From Candidatus Eiseniibacteriota bacterium (GTDB lineage: Bacteria > Eisenbacteria > RBG-16-71-46), in the NCBI GenBank assembly GCA_044223005.1, contig JBGAML010000013.1:64001-128000 (forward strand): a stretch of 64,000 nt of DNA, written 5' to 3'. The notes below the pieces were generated by a model that was not told the origin of the DNA, searched no databases, and saw nothing but the letters and a program-made list of their open reading frames with translations. The position numbers and the translations under genes were made by a program. This document shows, piece by piece, positions 1-8,167 of the stretch; position 1 is the stretch's first letter, and the number at the start of each line of letters is the position of its first letter.

Positions 1-1
1 C

Positions 2-2935
2 CGGCGGCTGGGCCCCGAGTCGTTCCGCCCCGACACCGACGCCTTCGTCGCGACGCGTGTCGACCACGCGCGCGGGCTCTGGTGCGTCGCCGTCGAACAG
101 CGCTGGAACGCTCTCCCCGTGGTCGGCGTCGACCTCAAGGTCACGCTCGACGAGTCCGGCCGCGTCGTGTTCGAGGCGGGAAGTCCTCAGGCCGGGCTGC
201 GGCCGTCTGCCGGGCCACTGCTCGGCGCGCGCGCCGTGACGACGCTCGCCGCGCGGGCCGCGGCTCGCGCGGCGGACGCGCCGTCGGCGTGCGAGCCCGT
301 GATCTCGCTGCGCGACGGCGGTGCGCGGCACGCGTGGCGCGTCACGTGGAGCGACCTCGCGCCGCCGCGCCCGCGCACGCTCGTGCTCGACGCGGCGACG
401 GGAGAGGTGCTCGCGCGCGAGGGCGAGCCGATGCCGAGCGTGGGCCTCGTCTACCCCCGCGACGGCCGCGATGCGCTGCAGGAGGTCGCGCTCCCCGGGC
501 TCTCGGGCGACGGCACGCGGCTCGTCGGCCCGCGGCTCGACGTACTGCAGGCGGGGCTCGGGCAGCTCACGAATCCCGCGGGGGATTTCCGGATCGTGCC
601 CACCGATCCCGACACGACGCGATTCGACGACGTCGCCGCATGGTGGCGGGCGCAGCAATTCCTCGCCTGGCTGTGGACGCGCGGCTACTCGGGTTTTCCC
701 GACACGCTGCACGTTCGCGTGCACGCCCCGACGGCGCCGACGCTCGCGAACACGGTCGACAACTACGTCATGCTCGGCGAAGCCTTCCCGGGCTACACGC
801 GCGACCCGGCAAAGGGCACCGACATCCTGGTGCACGAGACCCAGCACGCCGTGAGCTGGGGCTTCGGCCTGCGCCACGGCGGCGCCGAGGTCGATGCGCT
901 GAACGAAGGGCTGTCGGATTACATGGCCGCCGCGATGACGAACGATCCGGTGATCGGCGAGTGGGAATACGTCGGCTTCCCCGGCGGCGCCACCACGGTC
1001 GCGAACGATCCGGCGGTCTACCGGTACGGCCGGTTCAACTTCGTCGCCTACGGCGCGGCGACGGCCGGGACGACGTGGGCCAACGGGATGATCTTCTCGG
1101 GAGCGCTCTGGGACCTGCGCTCGGCCGCCGGCGCGACCGCCGACTCCCTGGTGCTGGAGGCGCTGCGCATGGTGAACGCGACGCCGTGCTTCGCGGACTT
1201 CGCGAACGCGACCCTCGCCGCGGACACGCTGCTGCACGGCCGGCGTCACGTGGCGGAGATCCACGCGGCCTTCGGGCGGCGCGAGATCGTGGGGACGTCG
1301 GACGCGTCGCTCGTCGGCCTGGGCGTGGTGAACGGGGGCCAACCCGCGACCTACTCCGTGACGGGCGGCGTCCTCTCGACCCCGTCCGGGACGAGGTGGA
1401 CGGTCCGGCACGAACGGAGCGGCGTGCCCGTGGACTCGCTGGTGGACGTCGCGACCGGCGCGGCCTTCACATGGTCGGACACGGTCGATTTCGTCGTCGT
1501 CGCGCGCGTGCCGACGGTGTGGGCTGGATCGCGAGTCAGCCTGCTGCGGCGGGTCGTGGTCTCACCCACGATGGCGACGATCGTCGGGGCCGGGATGCGA
1601 TTCGCGGGACAGCCCGACACGCTCTCGCTGCTGCCCGATCCGCGGATCGTCCCGGACTCCACCACGTGGTCCGTCCTGCGCTCGTGCGGCAGCGGGTGCT
1701 CGCGGCTGGATCCGCTCGGCCCCGGCCTGTCGGTCGTGCTCGCCGACACGGTGAGCTACCAGGTCCTCGTGCGCACGCGTTCGATCTGGGGCGAGCCGCT
1801 GGCGTCGCAGTTCAACGTCGCCGTCGTTCCCGTGCCGCTCGGGGCCACGGGCCCGGCACGCCTCAACGGAACGGAACCGGGAACGTTCCGCGTGCCGCCC
1901 AACCCGAATCTCGCCGGACCGCCCGTCTGGTCCGTCGGCCCGGCTTGCGGCGCGGGGGGCTGTCCCGAGCCGGAATCCCTGGGCACCGGCACGGTCTTCG
2001 TGCACGCGGCCGACGCGTCGTTCCGGACACGGGTGAGTGCGCGGACGCTCTGGGGTCACACGGCGTCCGCGGAGCTGCAGACCACCGTCGTCCCGATCGC
2101 ACTCGCGGTCTCCGGACCGGCCAATCTCGCGCCGGGGCAGCTCGGGACGTTCACCGCCGCCTACGATCCGCGTTTCGTCACGGCCGGACCGACGTGGTGG
2201 ATCCAGCGGCGACGCGACGGCGCGGCGTACGGCACTCGCGACTCGATCGGCCGCGGATGGACGATGCGCCACGCCGACACGCTCGATTACGTCGCGACCG
2301 CCGTCGCCCGCACGTCGTGGGGCAGCGATCTCGCCGACACCGTGGCGGTGCTCGTCCAGACGCCGCTGGTCGCGATCCGGGGACCTGGCTGGTTCGATGG
2401 CGCAGCGAACCCGCTCCGCTTCACGCTGGAGATCGGCATGCCCGGACGCTGGACGGTGATCTGGGGCATCTACCCGGTCCCGCGCACGGGCTCCGGAAAC
2501 CGGTTCCACGGCGCCGACACGCTCGAGTGGACCGGAACGGGCACGTTCGACATCGGCGTCACCGTGATCGACTCCGCCGGGCACCTCGGCAACTCCGAAC
2601 GCCGGGTGTGGCGGCCCTCGCTCGGCCTGGTCGTTCCCGACGCCGCGCCGGCGGACGTGCCGGTGAACCTGGTCGCGTATCCCGACACGCTGTTCGCGGA
2701 CATGCAGGCGAGCTGGGAGGTGGCGCCCGATGGCCCCGGCGGTCCCCAGGGGTGGTCGGAGGCGGCCGTGGGCTTCACGTGGTCCACGGCATCGGCGCGC
2801 GATCGCTGGGTCCGCGCGAGCGTGCGCGGGCGCGACGGCTACCGGATCGTCTCCGACGCACGGCTGCTCACGATCGCGCCACCGCAGGTGTCGGTGCGCC
2901 CGTTCGCGGGAGTGCCCGGGGCGGGGCTCGCGTAA
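2..2935 (+). CDS. Secreted M4/M36 (thermolysin-like) zinc metalloprotease with tandem beta-rich Ig/PKD-like repeats; 5'-partial, ends at a probable premature TAA
   Basis: Frame is open from position 2 (FTP-propeptide-like EQRWNALPVVGVDLKVTLD). PepSY-like LVLDAATGEVL, HETQH (HExxH) and ALNEGLSD third-ligand motif. Repeated units starting GPARLNGTEPGTFRV, GPANLAPGQLGTFTA etc. Confidence 0.8.
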   Translation, partial: RRLGPESFRPDTDAFVATRVDHARGLWCVAVEQRWNALPVVGVDLKVTLDESGRVVFEAGSPQAGLRPSAGPLLGARAVTTLAARAAARAADAPSACEPVISLRDGGARHAWRVTWSDLAPPRPRTLVLDAATGEVLAREGEPMPSVGLVYPRDGRDALQEVALPGLSGDGTRLVGPRLDVLQAGLGQLTNPAGDFRIVPTDPDTTRFDDVAAWWRAQQFLAWLWTRGYSGFPDTLHVRVHAPTAPTLANTVDNYVMLGEAFPGYTRDPAKGTDILVHETQHAVSWGFGLRHGGAEVDALNEGLSDYMAAAMTNDPVIGEWEYVGFPGGATTVANDPAVYRYGRFNFVAYGAATAGTTWANGMIFSGALWDLRSAAGATADSLVLEALRMVNATPCFADFANATLAADTLLHGRRHVAEIHAAFGRREIVGTSDASLVGLGVVNGGQPATYSVTGGVLSTPSGTRWTVRHERSGVPVDSLVDVATGAAFTWSDTVDFVVVARVPTVWAGSRVSLLRRVVVSPTMATIVGAGMRFAGQPDTLSLLPDPRIVPDSTTWSVLRSCGSGCSRLDPLGPGLSVVLADTVSYQVLVRTRSIWGEPLASQFNVAVVPVPLGATGPARLNGTEPGTFRVPPNPNLAGPPVWSVGPACGAGGCPEPESLGTGTVFVHAADASFRTRVSARTLWGHTASAELQTTVVPIALAVSGPANLAPGQLGTFTAAYDPRFVTAGPTWWIQRRRDGAAYGTRDSIGRGWTMRHADTLDYVATAVARTSWGSDLADTVAVLVQTPLVAIRGPGWFDGAANPLRFTLEIGMPGRWTVIWGIYPVPRTGSGNRFHGADTLEWTGTGTFDIGVTVIDSAGHLGNSERRVWRPSLGLVVPDAAPADVPVNLVAYPDTLFADMQASWEVAPDGPGGPQGWSEAAVGFTWSTASARDRWVRASVRGRDGYRIVSDARLLTIAPPQVSVRPFAGVPGAGLA

Positions 2936-3412
2936 CGCGCGAGCGTGTCCGGCGCCGCGCCGCTCGAACTCGCGTGGAGCGTGCACGCACCGGGAGCGCC
3001 GCCCCACGCGATCACCGGCACGCCGGACGGCGCCGTCACGGTGAGCGAGTGGCCGCCGTTCGTGGTCGTCGCGAGCGCGACCGACGCCAACGGCCGAGTG
3101 GGAGCGGATTCGATCAGTGTCGCCGCGGACGGATCGCTCGCCGGCGGCGACATGGGCGGCTTCGGGGTCGCGTGCCCCGCGATCGCCGATGCCGAGCTGT
3201 CGCTGCTCCTCTGGGGGCCGGCGGCGCCCGAGGCGCGCCTGCGCGTGTACGACACGGCGGGCCGGCTGTGCGCGGACTGGCTCCCCGGCGGCCATGCGGG
3301 CGGCGCCCGCGTCGTGACGCGCCGCACGGCGGACCTGCGCTCGGGCGTCTACTTCTGCCGCTTCAGCGCGGGTCCGCTGCAGCAGGTGCGCCGCATCGTC
3401 GTGGTGCATTGA
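2936..3412 (+). pseudogene. In-frame C-terminal continuation of the protease, carrying an FlgD-Ig/T9SS-like C-terminal sorting-type domain
   Basis: Same frame as the upstream CDS: GCG TAA CGC GCG AGC GTG. Ends ARLRVYDTAGRL...LRSGVYFCRFSAG...RRIVVVH, typical of such C-terminal domains. No SD or signal peptide of its own. Confidence 0.6.
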
Positions 3413-3523
3413 GGCGCCGGCCGGCGGGTCTGGCGCGACGCGGAGCCTTGCCCTAGACTCGCGCGACTTTCACCCTGCGCCCGTCGCGCGGTCGCGCGCG
3501 GCGCCAACCCCGGGAGAGCGGTC

Positions 3524-4969
3524 GTGAGCGAGGCCCAGAAGAAGCAGTTCGTCGAGGAGTTGACCGACCAGACCGACGATTTCTCGCGCTGGTACAACGA
3601 AGTCGTGCGCAAGGCACAGCTGGCGGACTACACCCCGGTGCGCGGCTCGATGGTGATCCGGCCCTACGGCTACGGCCTGTGGGAGAACATGCAGCGCCTG
3701 CTCGACCGGCGCATCAAGGAAACCGGGCACCAGAACGCCTACTTCCCGCTGCTCATTCCCGAGTCGCTGCTGCAACTCGAGGCGGATCACGTCGAGGGCT
3801 TCGCGCCCGAGTGCGCGTGGGTGACCGAGGGTGGCCGCGAGAAACTCGAGGAGCGCTACGCGATCCGACCGACGAGCGAAGCGATCATCGGTCACATGTA
3901 TTCGCGCTGGATCGAGTCGTACCGGGACCTGCCGGTGCTGATCAACCAGTGGGCGAACGTCATGCGCTGGGAGAAGGTGACGCGCCTCTTCCTGCGCACC
4001 GCCGAGTTCCTGTGGCAGGAGGGGCACACCGCGCACGCGACCGAAGCCGAGTGCCTCGAGGAAGTGCTGCGCATGCTCGAGGTGTACCGCGACTTCGTGG
4101 AGAACGAGCTGGCGATTCCCGTCTACGCGGGCAAGAAGAGCGACGCCGAGCGGTTTGCGGGTGCCCAGGACACGTACACGATCGAAGCGCTCATGAGGGA
4201 CGGCAAGGCGCTGCAGGCCGGCACGTCGCACCACCTCGGCCAGCACTTCGCCAAGGTGTTCGACATCACGTACCAGGACGAGGCGGGCAAGCGGCAGTAC
4301 GTATGGCAGACCTCGTGGGGTGTCTCGACGCGGCTGATCGGTGCGCTCGTCATGACCCACGGCGACGACCAGGGGCTGCGCCTGCCGCCGAACGTCGCGC
4401 CGATCCAGGCGGTGGTCGTGCCGATCTGGCGCAAGGACGAGGACCGTGCCGCGGTGCTGGAGTTCGTGAGCAAGGTGAAGCAGGCCGTCGGCGGCCTGGT
4501 GCGCCTGCACGTCGACGACCGCGACCAGTACACGCCAGGCTGGAAGTACAACGAATACGAGATGCGCGGCGTGCCCGTGCGCCTCGAGGTCGGCCCCAAG
4601 GACGTGGCGAACGCGGCGGTGATGAGCGTGCGCCGCGACACGCGCGGCAAGGAGTCGATCCCGCTCGCGTCGCTGGCGGAGCGCCTGCCGGCGCTGCTCG
4701 CGGACGTCCAGCGCTCGCTGTTCGAGCAGGCGAAGGCGTTCCGCGACGAGAACACCGCACTCGCTTCGACGAAGGACGAGGTGATCGCGCACTTCGCCGC
4801 CGAGAAGCGCGGCTTCGTGGCGGTGGCGTGGGACGGTTCGGCGGCGTTCGAGGGCGAGATCAAGGAGCGCTGCGGCGCGACGCTGCGCTGCATGCCGTTC
4901 GACCTGTCGCGCTTCGGCTCGCTCGAGAAGCCGGGGCACCGCGTGGCACTCTTCGCGCGGTCCTACTGA
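3524..4969 (+). CDS. proS: Proline--tRNA ligase (archaeal/eukaryotic-like type, no INS editing domain)
   Basis: IRPTSE, FLRTAEFLWQEGHTAH, QAGTSHHLGQHF, SWGVSTRLIG, C-terminal ARSY; GGGAGAG upstream of GTG. Confidence 0.97.
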   Translation: MSEAQKKQFVEELTDQTDDFSRWYNEVVRKAQLADYTPVRGSMVIRPYGYGLWENMQRLLDRRIKETGHQNAYFPLLIPESLLQLEADHVEGFAPECAWVTEGGREKLEERYAIRPTSEAIIGHMYSRWIESYRDLPVLINQWANVMRWEKVTRLFLRTAEFLWQEGHTAHATEAECLEEVLRMLEVYRDFVENELAIPVYAGKKSDAERFAGAQDTYTIEALMRDGKALQAGTSHHLGQHFAKVFDITYQDEAGKRQYVWQTSWGVSTRLIGALVMTHGDDQGLRLPPNVAPIQAVVVPIWRKDEDRAAVLEFVSKVKQAVGGLVRLHVDDRDQYTPGWKYNEYEMRGVPVRLEVGPKDVANAAVMSVRRDTRGKESIPLASLAERLPALLADVQRSLFEQAKAFRDENTALASTKDEVIAHFAAEKRGFVAVAWDGSAAFEGEIKERCGATLRCMPFDLSRFGSLEKPGHRVALFARSY

Positions 4970-6009
4970 GCGAGGCCGCGACGGACCGCGCGCGCGGCAG
5001 GTGGCCGGAGGGCGGGCGCATCGGCGTGCGCCTGCCCAACTGGCTCGGCGATGCGCTCATGGCGCGGCCGTTCCTGTTCGCGCTGCGGCGGGAGGGAGCC
5101 GGCGCCCGCATCACGGCATGGGGACCCGCCGCGGTCCTCGGGCTGCTCGCGGGTGACGCGTGCTGGGACGAGGCGCGCCCGTGGCCCGACGCGGCGCCGG
5201 CCCCCGGGCTCGATGCGATGTTCGTGCTGCCGCCCTCGTTCTCGAGCGCGTGGCACGCGCTGCGGACGGGCGCGCGCGAGCGTGTCGGCTTCTGCGGGGA
5301 CGCCCGCGACCTGCTGCTCACGCGCGCGGTGCGCCGGCCCGACCGCGGCGAGCGGCACCTCGCGAGCGAGTACCTCTCGCTGCTCGGACCGGTCGCGGGC
5401 CCGCCGCCGGCGCCGCCCGCGTTGCACGTCGACGAGGCTGCGCGGCTCGAGGGCGACGCGCTGCTCGCGAGCGAGGCGGCCGGGGAGCGGCCGATCGCGC
5501 TGCTGGCGCCCGGGGCGATCTACGGCCCCGCCAAGCGCTGGCCCGTGGAGCGCTTCGCGCTGCTGGCGCGCGAGCTCGCGGCGCAGGGCCATGCGGTCTA
5601 CGCGTGCGGCGGTCGCGAGGATCACGAGGCGTGCGGGGCGCTGATCGCCGCGGCGGGCATGCTGCCGGGCGGGCGCGTCGCGGCCCGCGGGCTGGTGGGG
5701 CGCACGACGCTACCCGTGCAGGTGGCGATCGCCGCGCGTGCCGCCGTCGTGGTGAGCAACGACTCGGGCTTCGCGCACCTCGCCGCGGCGGCCGGTGCCC
5801 CGACGGTGGCGATCTTCGGCTCGACGAGCAGCGCCTGGACGGCGCCGCTCGGACCGCGGGTCGCGATCCTGCAGCGGCCGCCCGTCTGCTCGCCGTGCTT
5901 CCACCGGACGTGCGCGATCGGCTACGACTGCCTGAAGGCGGTGAGCGTCGCGGACGTCCTCGGCGCCGTCGCCGCGCTCGCGACGTCGGCGCGGGAGGGC
6001 GTGGCGTGA
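4966..6009 (+). CDS. waaF: ADP-heptose:LPS heptosyltransferase II (GT9); start uncertain, probably CTG overlapping the proS stop
   Basis: RLPNWLGDALMA, PGAIYGPAKRWP, VSNDSGFAHLAAA, CSPCFHRTC motifs in the C-terminal part of ORF 3679..6009. Confidence 0.85.
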   Translation: MSEAATDRARGRWPEGGRIGVRLPNWLGDALMARPFLFALRREGAGARITAWGPAAVLGLLAGDACWDEARPWPDAAPAPGLDAMFVLPPSFSSAWHALRTGARERVGFCGDARDLLLTRAVRRPDRGERHLASEYLSLLGPVAGPPPAPPALHVDEAARLEGDALLASEAAGERPIALLAPGAIYGPAKRWPVERFALLARELAAQGHAVYACGGREDHEACGALIAAAGMLPGGRVAARGLVGRTTLPVQVAIAARAAVVVSNDSGFAHLAAAAGAPTVAIFGSTSSAWTAPLGPRVAILQRPPVCSPCFHRTCAIGYDCLKAVSVADVLGAVAALATSAREGVA

Positions 6010-7067
6010 GGATCGTGGCGCTGGGCGCGACGATGGTGGCGCGCACGGGCCGGCTGCGCGCGGCGCTCGCGTCGCTCGGTGCGCGCGGGCACGACGTGAT
6101 GTGGGTCGGTCCCGCGGCGCCCGTCGGCGAGGGCGTGCGGCGCGTGCGGGCGCGCGAGGCGATCACGAGCGGTCCGGTGGACCTCGTCGCCGGCGAGGGC
6201 TCGCTGCTGCGCACGGCGTGGCTGGCCGTCCGGACGCGTGCCCGGGGCGTGATCTTCGGGGCGGGTGCGCGGCACCTGCACGGCTGGAACCTCGCGCAGG
6301 AGATCGCGTGGGGCGCCGTGCCGACGTACGCGCTGATCGAACCCGCGGAGGCGGCCGACGCCGAAGCGAAGGTCGACGCCCGCCACCACGACCGGATCGT
6401 GCTCTGGCCCGACGGAAGCGGCACGCACGATCCCGATCCCGCGCACGCCGACGCCGAGGTGCTCGAGCGTGCCGGCGAGCGGTTGCTCGCGGAGCGCCGC
6501 GGCCCGCGGCCATGGCCCGCGGCGTTCCTCGATCGGGACGGGACGTTGATCGTCGAGCACGGCTATCTCGCCGATCCGGACCGCGTGCAGCTCCTGCCGG
6601 GCGTCGTGCGCGGGCTGCGGCAGCTGCAGTCGGCGCATGTGGCGCTCGTCGTGATCTCCAACCAGGCCGGCGTGGGGCGCGGCAAGTTCCCGCTGTCCGC
6701 GGCGTGGGCGACGATGGCCCGGCTGCGCCGGCTGCTGCGCGCCGAGGGCGTCGAACTCGACGCGGTCCGCTTCTGCCCGCACGCGCCCGACGCGGGCTGC
6801 CCGTGCCGCAAGCCCGCGCCCGGGCTGCTGCTCGACGCGGCGCTGGACCTCAATCTCTCGCTGCCGGGCTCGGCGATGGTGGGGGACAAGGCGCTCGACG
6901 TGGACGCGGGGCACGCCGCGGGCAGCTCGGGCGTGCTCGTGCGTACGGGCTACGGCCGCGAGGAGGAGGTGCGCCTCGCACGCGACGGCGCGCCGCCGCC
7001 GGAGGCCGTGGTGGACGACCTCGAGGCCTTCGCGGCCTGGGCGATCGGGCGGCTCGAAGCGCTCTGA
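6006..7067 (+). CDS. gmhB: HAD-IIIA D,D-heptose-1,7-bisphosphate phosphatase with a ~170-aa N-terminal extension
   Basis: FLDRDGTL, ISNQAGVGRG, CPH-x5-CPCRKPAPG, MVGDKALD; GTGA overlap with the waaF stop. Confidence 0.85.
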   Translation: MRIVALGATMVARTGRLRAALASLGARGHDVMWVGPAAPVGEGVRRVRAREAITSGPVDLVAGEGSLLRTAWLAVRTRARGVIFGAGARHLHGWNLAQEIAWGAVPTYALIEPAEAADAEAKVDARHHDRIVLWPDGSGTHDPDPAHADAEVLERAGERLLAERRGPRPWPAAFLDRDGTLIVEHGYLADPDRVQLLPGVVRGLRQLQSAHVALVVISNQAGVGRGKFPLSAAWATMARLRRLLRAEGVELDAVRFCPHAPDAGCPCRKPAPGLLLDAALDLNLSLPGSAMVGDKALDVDAGHAAGSSGVLVRTGYGREEEVRLARDGAPPPEAVVDDLEAFAAWAIGRLEAL

Positions 7068-7076
7068 GCCGCCGGC

Positions 7077-8159
7077 TCAGCGGTCGACGGCGAGCTCGAG
7101 CCGGTAGTCGCGGCCGCCGGGCTGCGGCCGGTACAGGATCAGGTAGCCGCTCATCGCGAGCTGGTCGCGGCCGACCCAGTGGTCCTCCGCGAGTTCCTCG
7201 ATCCGCGCCGGGTAGTGACCGTTCTCACGCGCGTAGAGATCCAGCGCGTAGCGCAGGTCGCGGACCTGCGCCGCGGCGTAGACGTCGTGCTCGATCGGCG
7301 GGCGCTTCGCGAACTGCAGGCGGGAGCTGCCGAAGCGCAGCCCCGCGACCGCGGCCACGATGCACACCATGGTGACGAGCTCGGCGCCGATCGGGTTGCG
7401 GCGATTCGTCTCGCGCGGCTCGGGCCGGGCCGGGGCCTCGACGCTGCCGGGGTCACGCCGGCCGACGAACTCGATCCAGTTCGCCTCCAGCATGCGCTGC
7501 AGCGCCTCGTAGGCCTCGTACTCGGAGAGCGGCGCCGCTTCGACGACTTCGGCGACCGTGTGCAGGCCGTCGATGATGCCGAAGAGTTCGCGCTCCTCGT
7601 CGCTGAGCGGTTCGTCGGGGTCGGGCAGGTCGCGCACGCCGAGCAGCTGGTAGGGATCGCGGAAGATCGCCACGTAGCGCTTCTGCTCGTCGACGCGGCG
7701 CGCCGCCTCGATCATCACGCCTTCCATGCTGAGCATGACGAGGGGCTGCTGCGGCCACTTGGAATTCGGGTCGAAGCGGTAGGAGCCGTTCTCCCAGCGC
7801 ACGAGCCGCATCAGGTCGTCGAGGATCTGGCGCTCGACGAAGTTCGCGAGCTCCTGGGCGTCGAGGTAGCGGCCGTTGAGGAGCAGGTCCTCGAGATCGC
7901 GCCCGGATTCCTTCTGGATCGTGAGCAGGCCGCGCATCTGCTCGTCCGAGAGCCGGTGCGAGGCGCGCAGGAACGCGAGCAGGGGATCGTCCTTCACGGC
8001 GCCGAGCTGGCGCGTCGAGACGATGCGGCCTTCCTGCACCCAGATGACGGCCCGCTCGGTGTTCCAGTCGAGCGTCAGGGAGCCGGATTTCTTCTGCGAG
8101 CCGACGAGCTGCAGGATCTCGGTGGCGGAGAAGTCGCGGAGGTTGCCCTGGAGCGCCAT
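7077..8159 (-). CDS. DUF4388 (PatA-N-like) domain membrane protein with a C-terminal pseudopilin-like segment
   Basis: Starts MALQGNLRDFSATEILQLVGSQKKSGSL (typical DUF4388 N-terminus). One TM near the C-terminus, then LRYALDLYARENGHYP. Confidence 0.75.
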   Translation of the reverse strand: MALQGNLRDFSATEILQLVGSQKKSGSLTLDWNTERAVIWVQEGRIVSTRQLGAVKDDPLLAFLRASHRLSDEQMRGLLTIQKESGRDLEDLLLNGRYLDAQELANFVERQILDDLMRLVRWENGSYRFDPNSKWPQQPLVMLSMEGVMIEAARRVDEQKRYVAIFRDPYQLLGVRDLPDPDEPLSDEERELFGIIDGLHTVAEVVEAAPLSEYEAYEALQRMLEANWIEFVGRRDPGSVEAPARPEPRETNRRNPIGAELVTMVCIVAAVAGLRFGSSRLQFAKRPPIEHDVYAAAQVRDLRYALDLYARENGHYPARIEELAEDHWVGRDQLAMSGYLILYRPQPGGRDYRLELAVDR

Positions 8160-8167
8160 GGGTGGCC

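Noticed and set aside
82..3456. 1124-aa Arg-rich ORF, and the many similar Arg/Ala/Pro-rich alternative-frame ORFs across the window
   Set aside because: Shadow frames of high-GC coding DNA; no motifs, and they overlap well-supported genes
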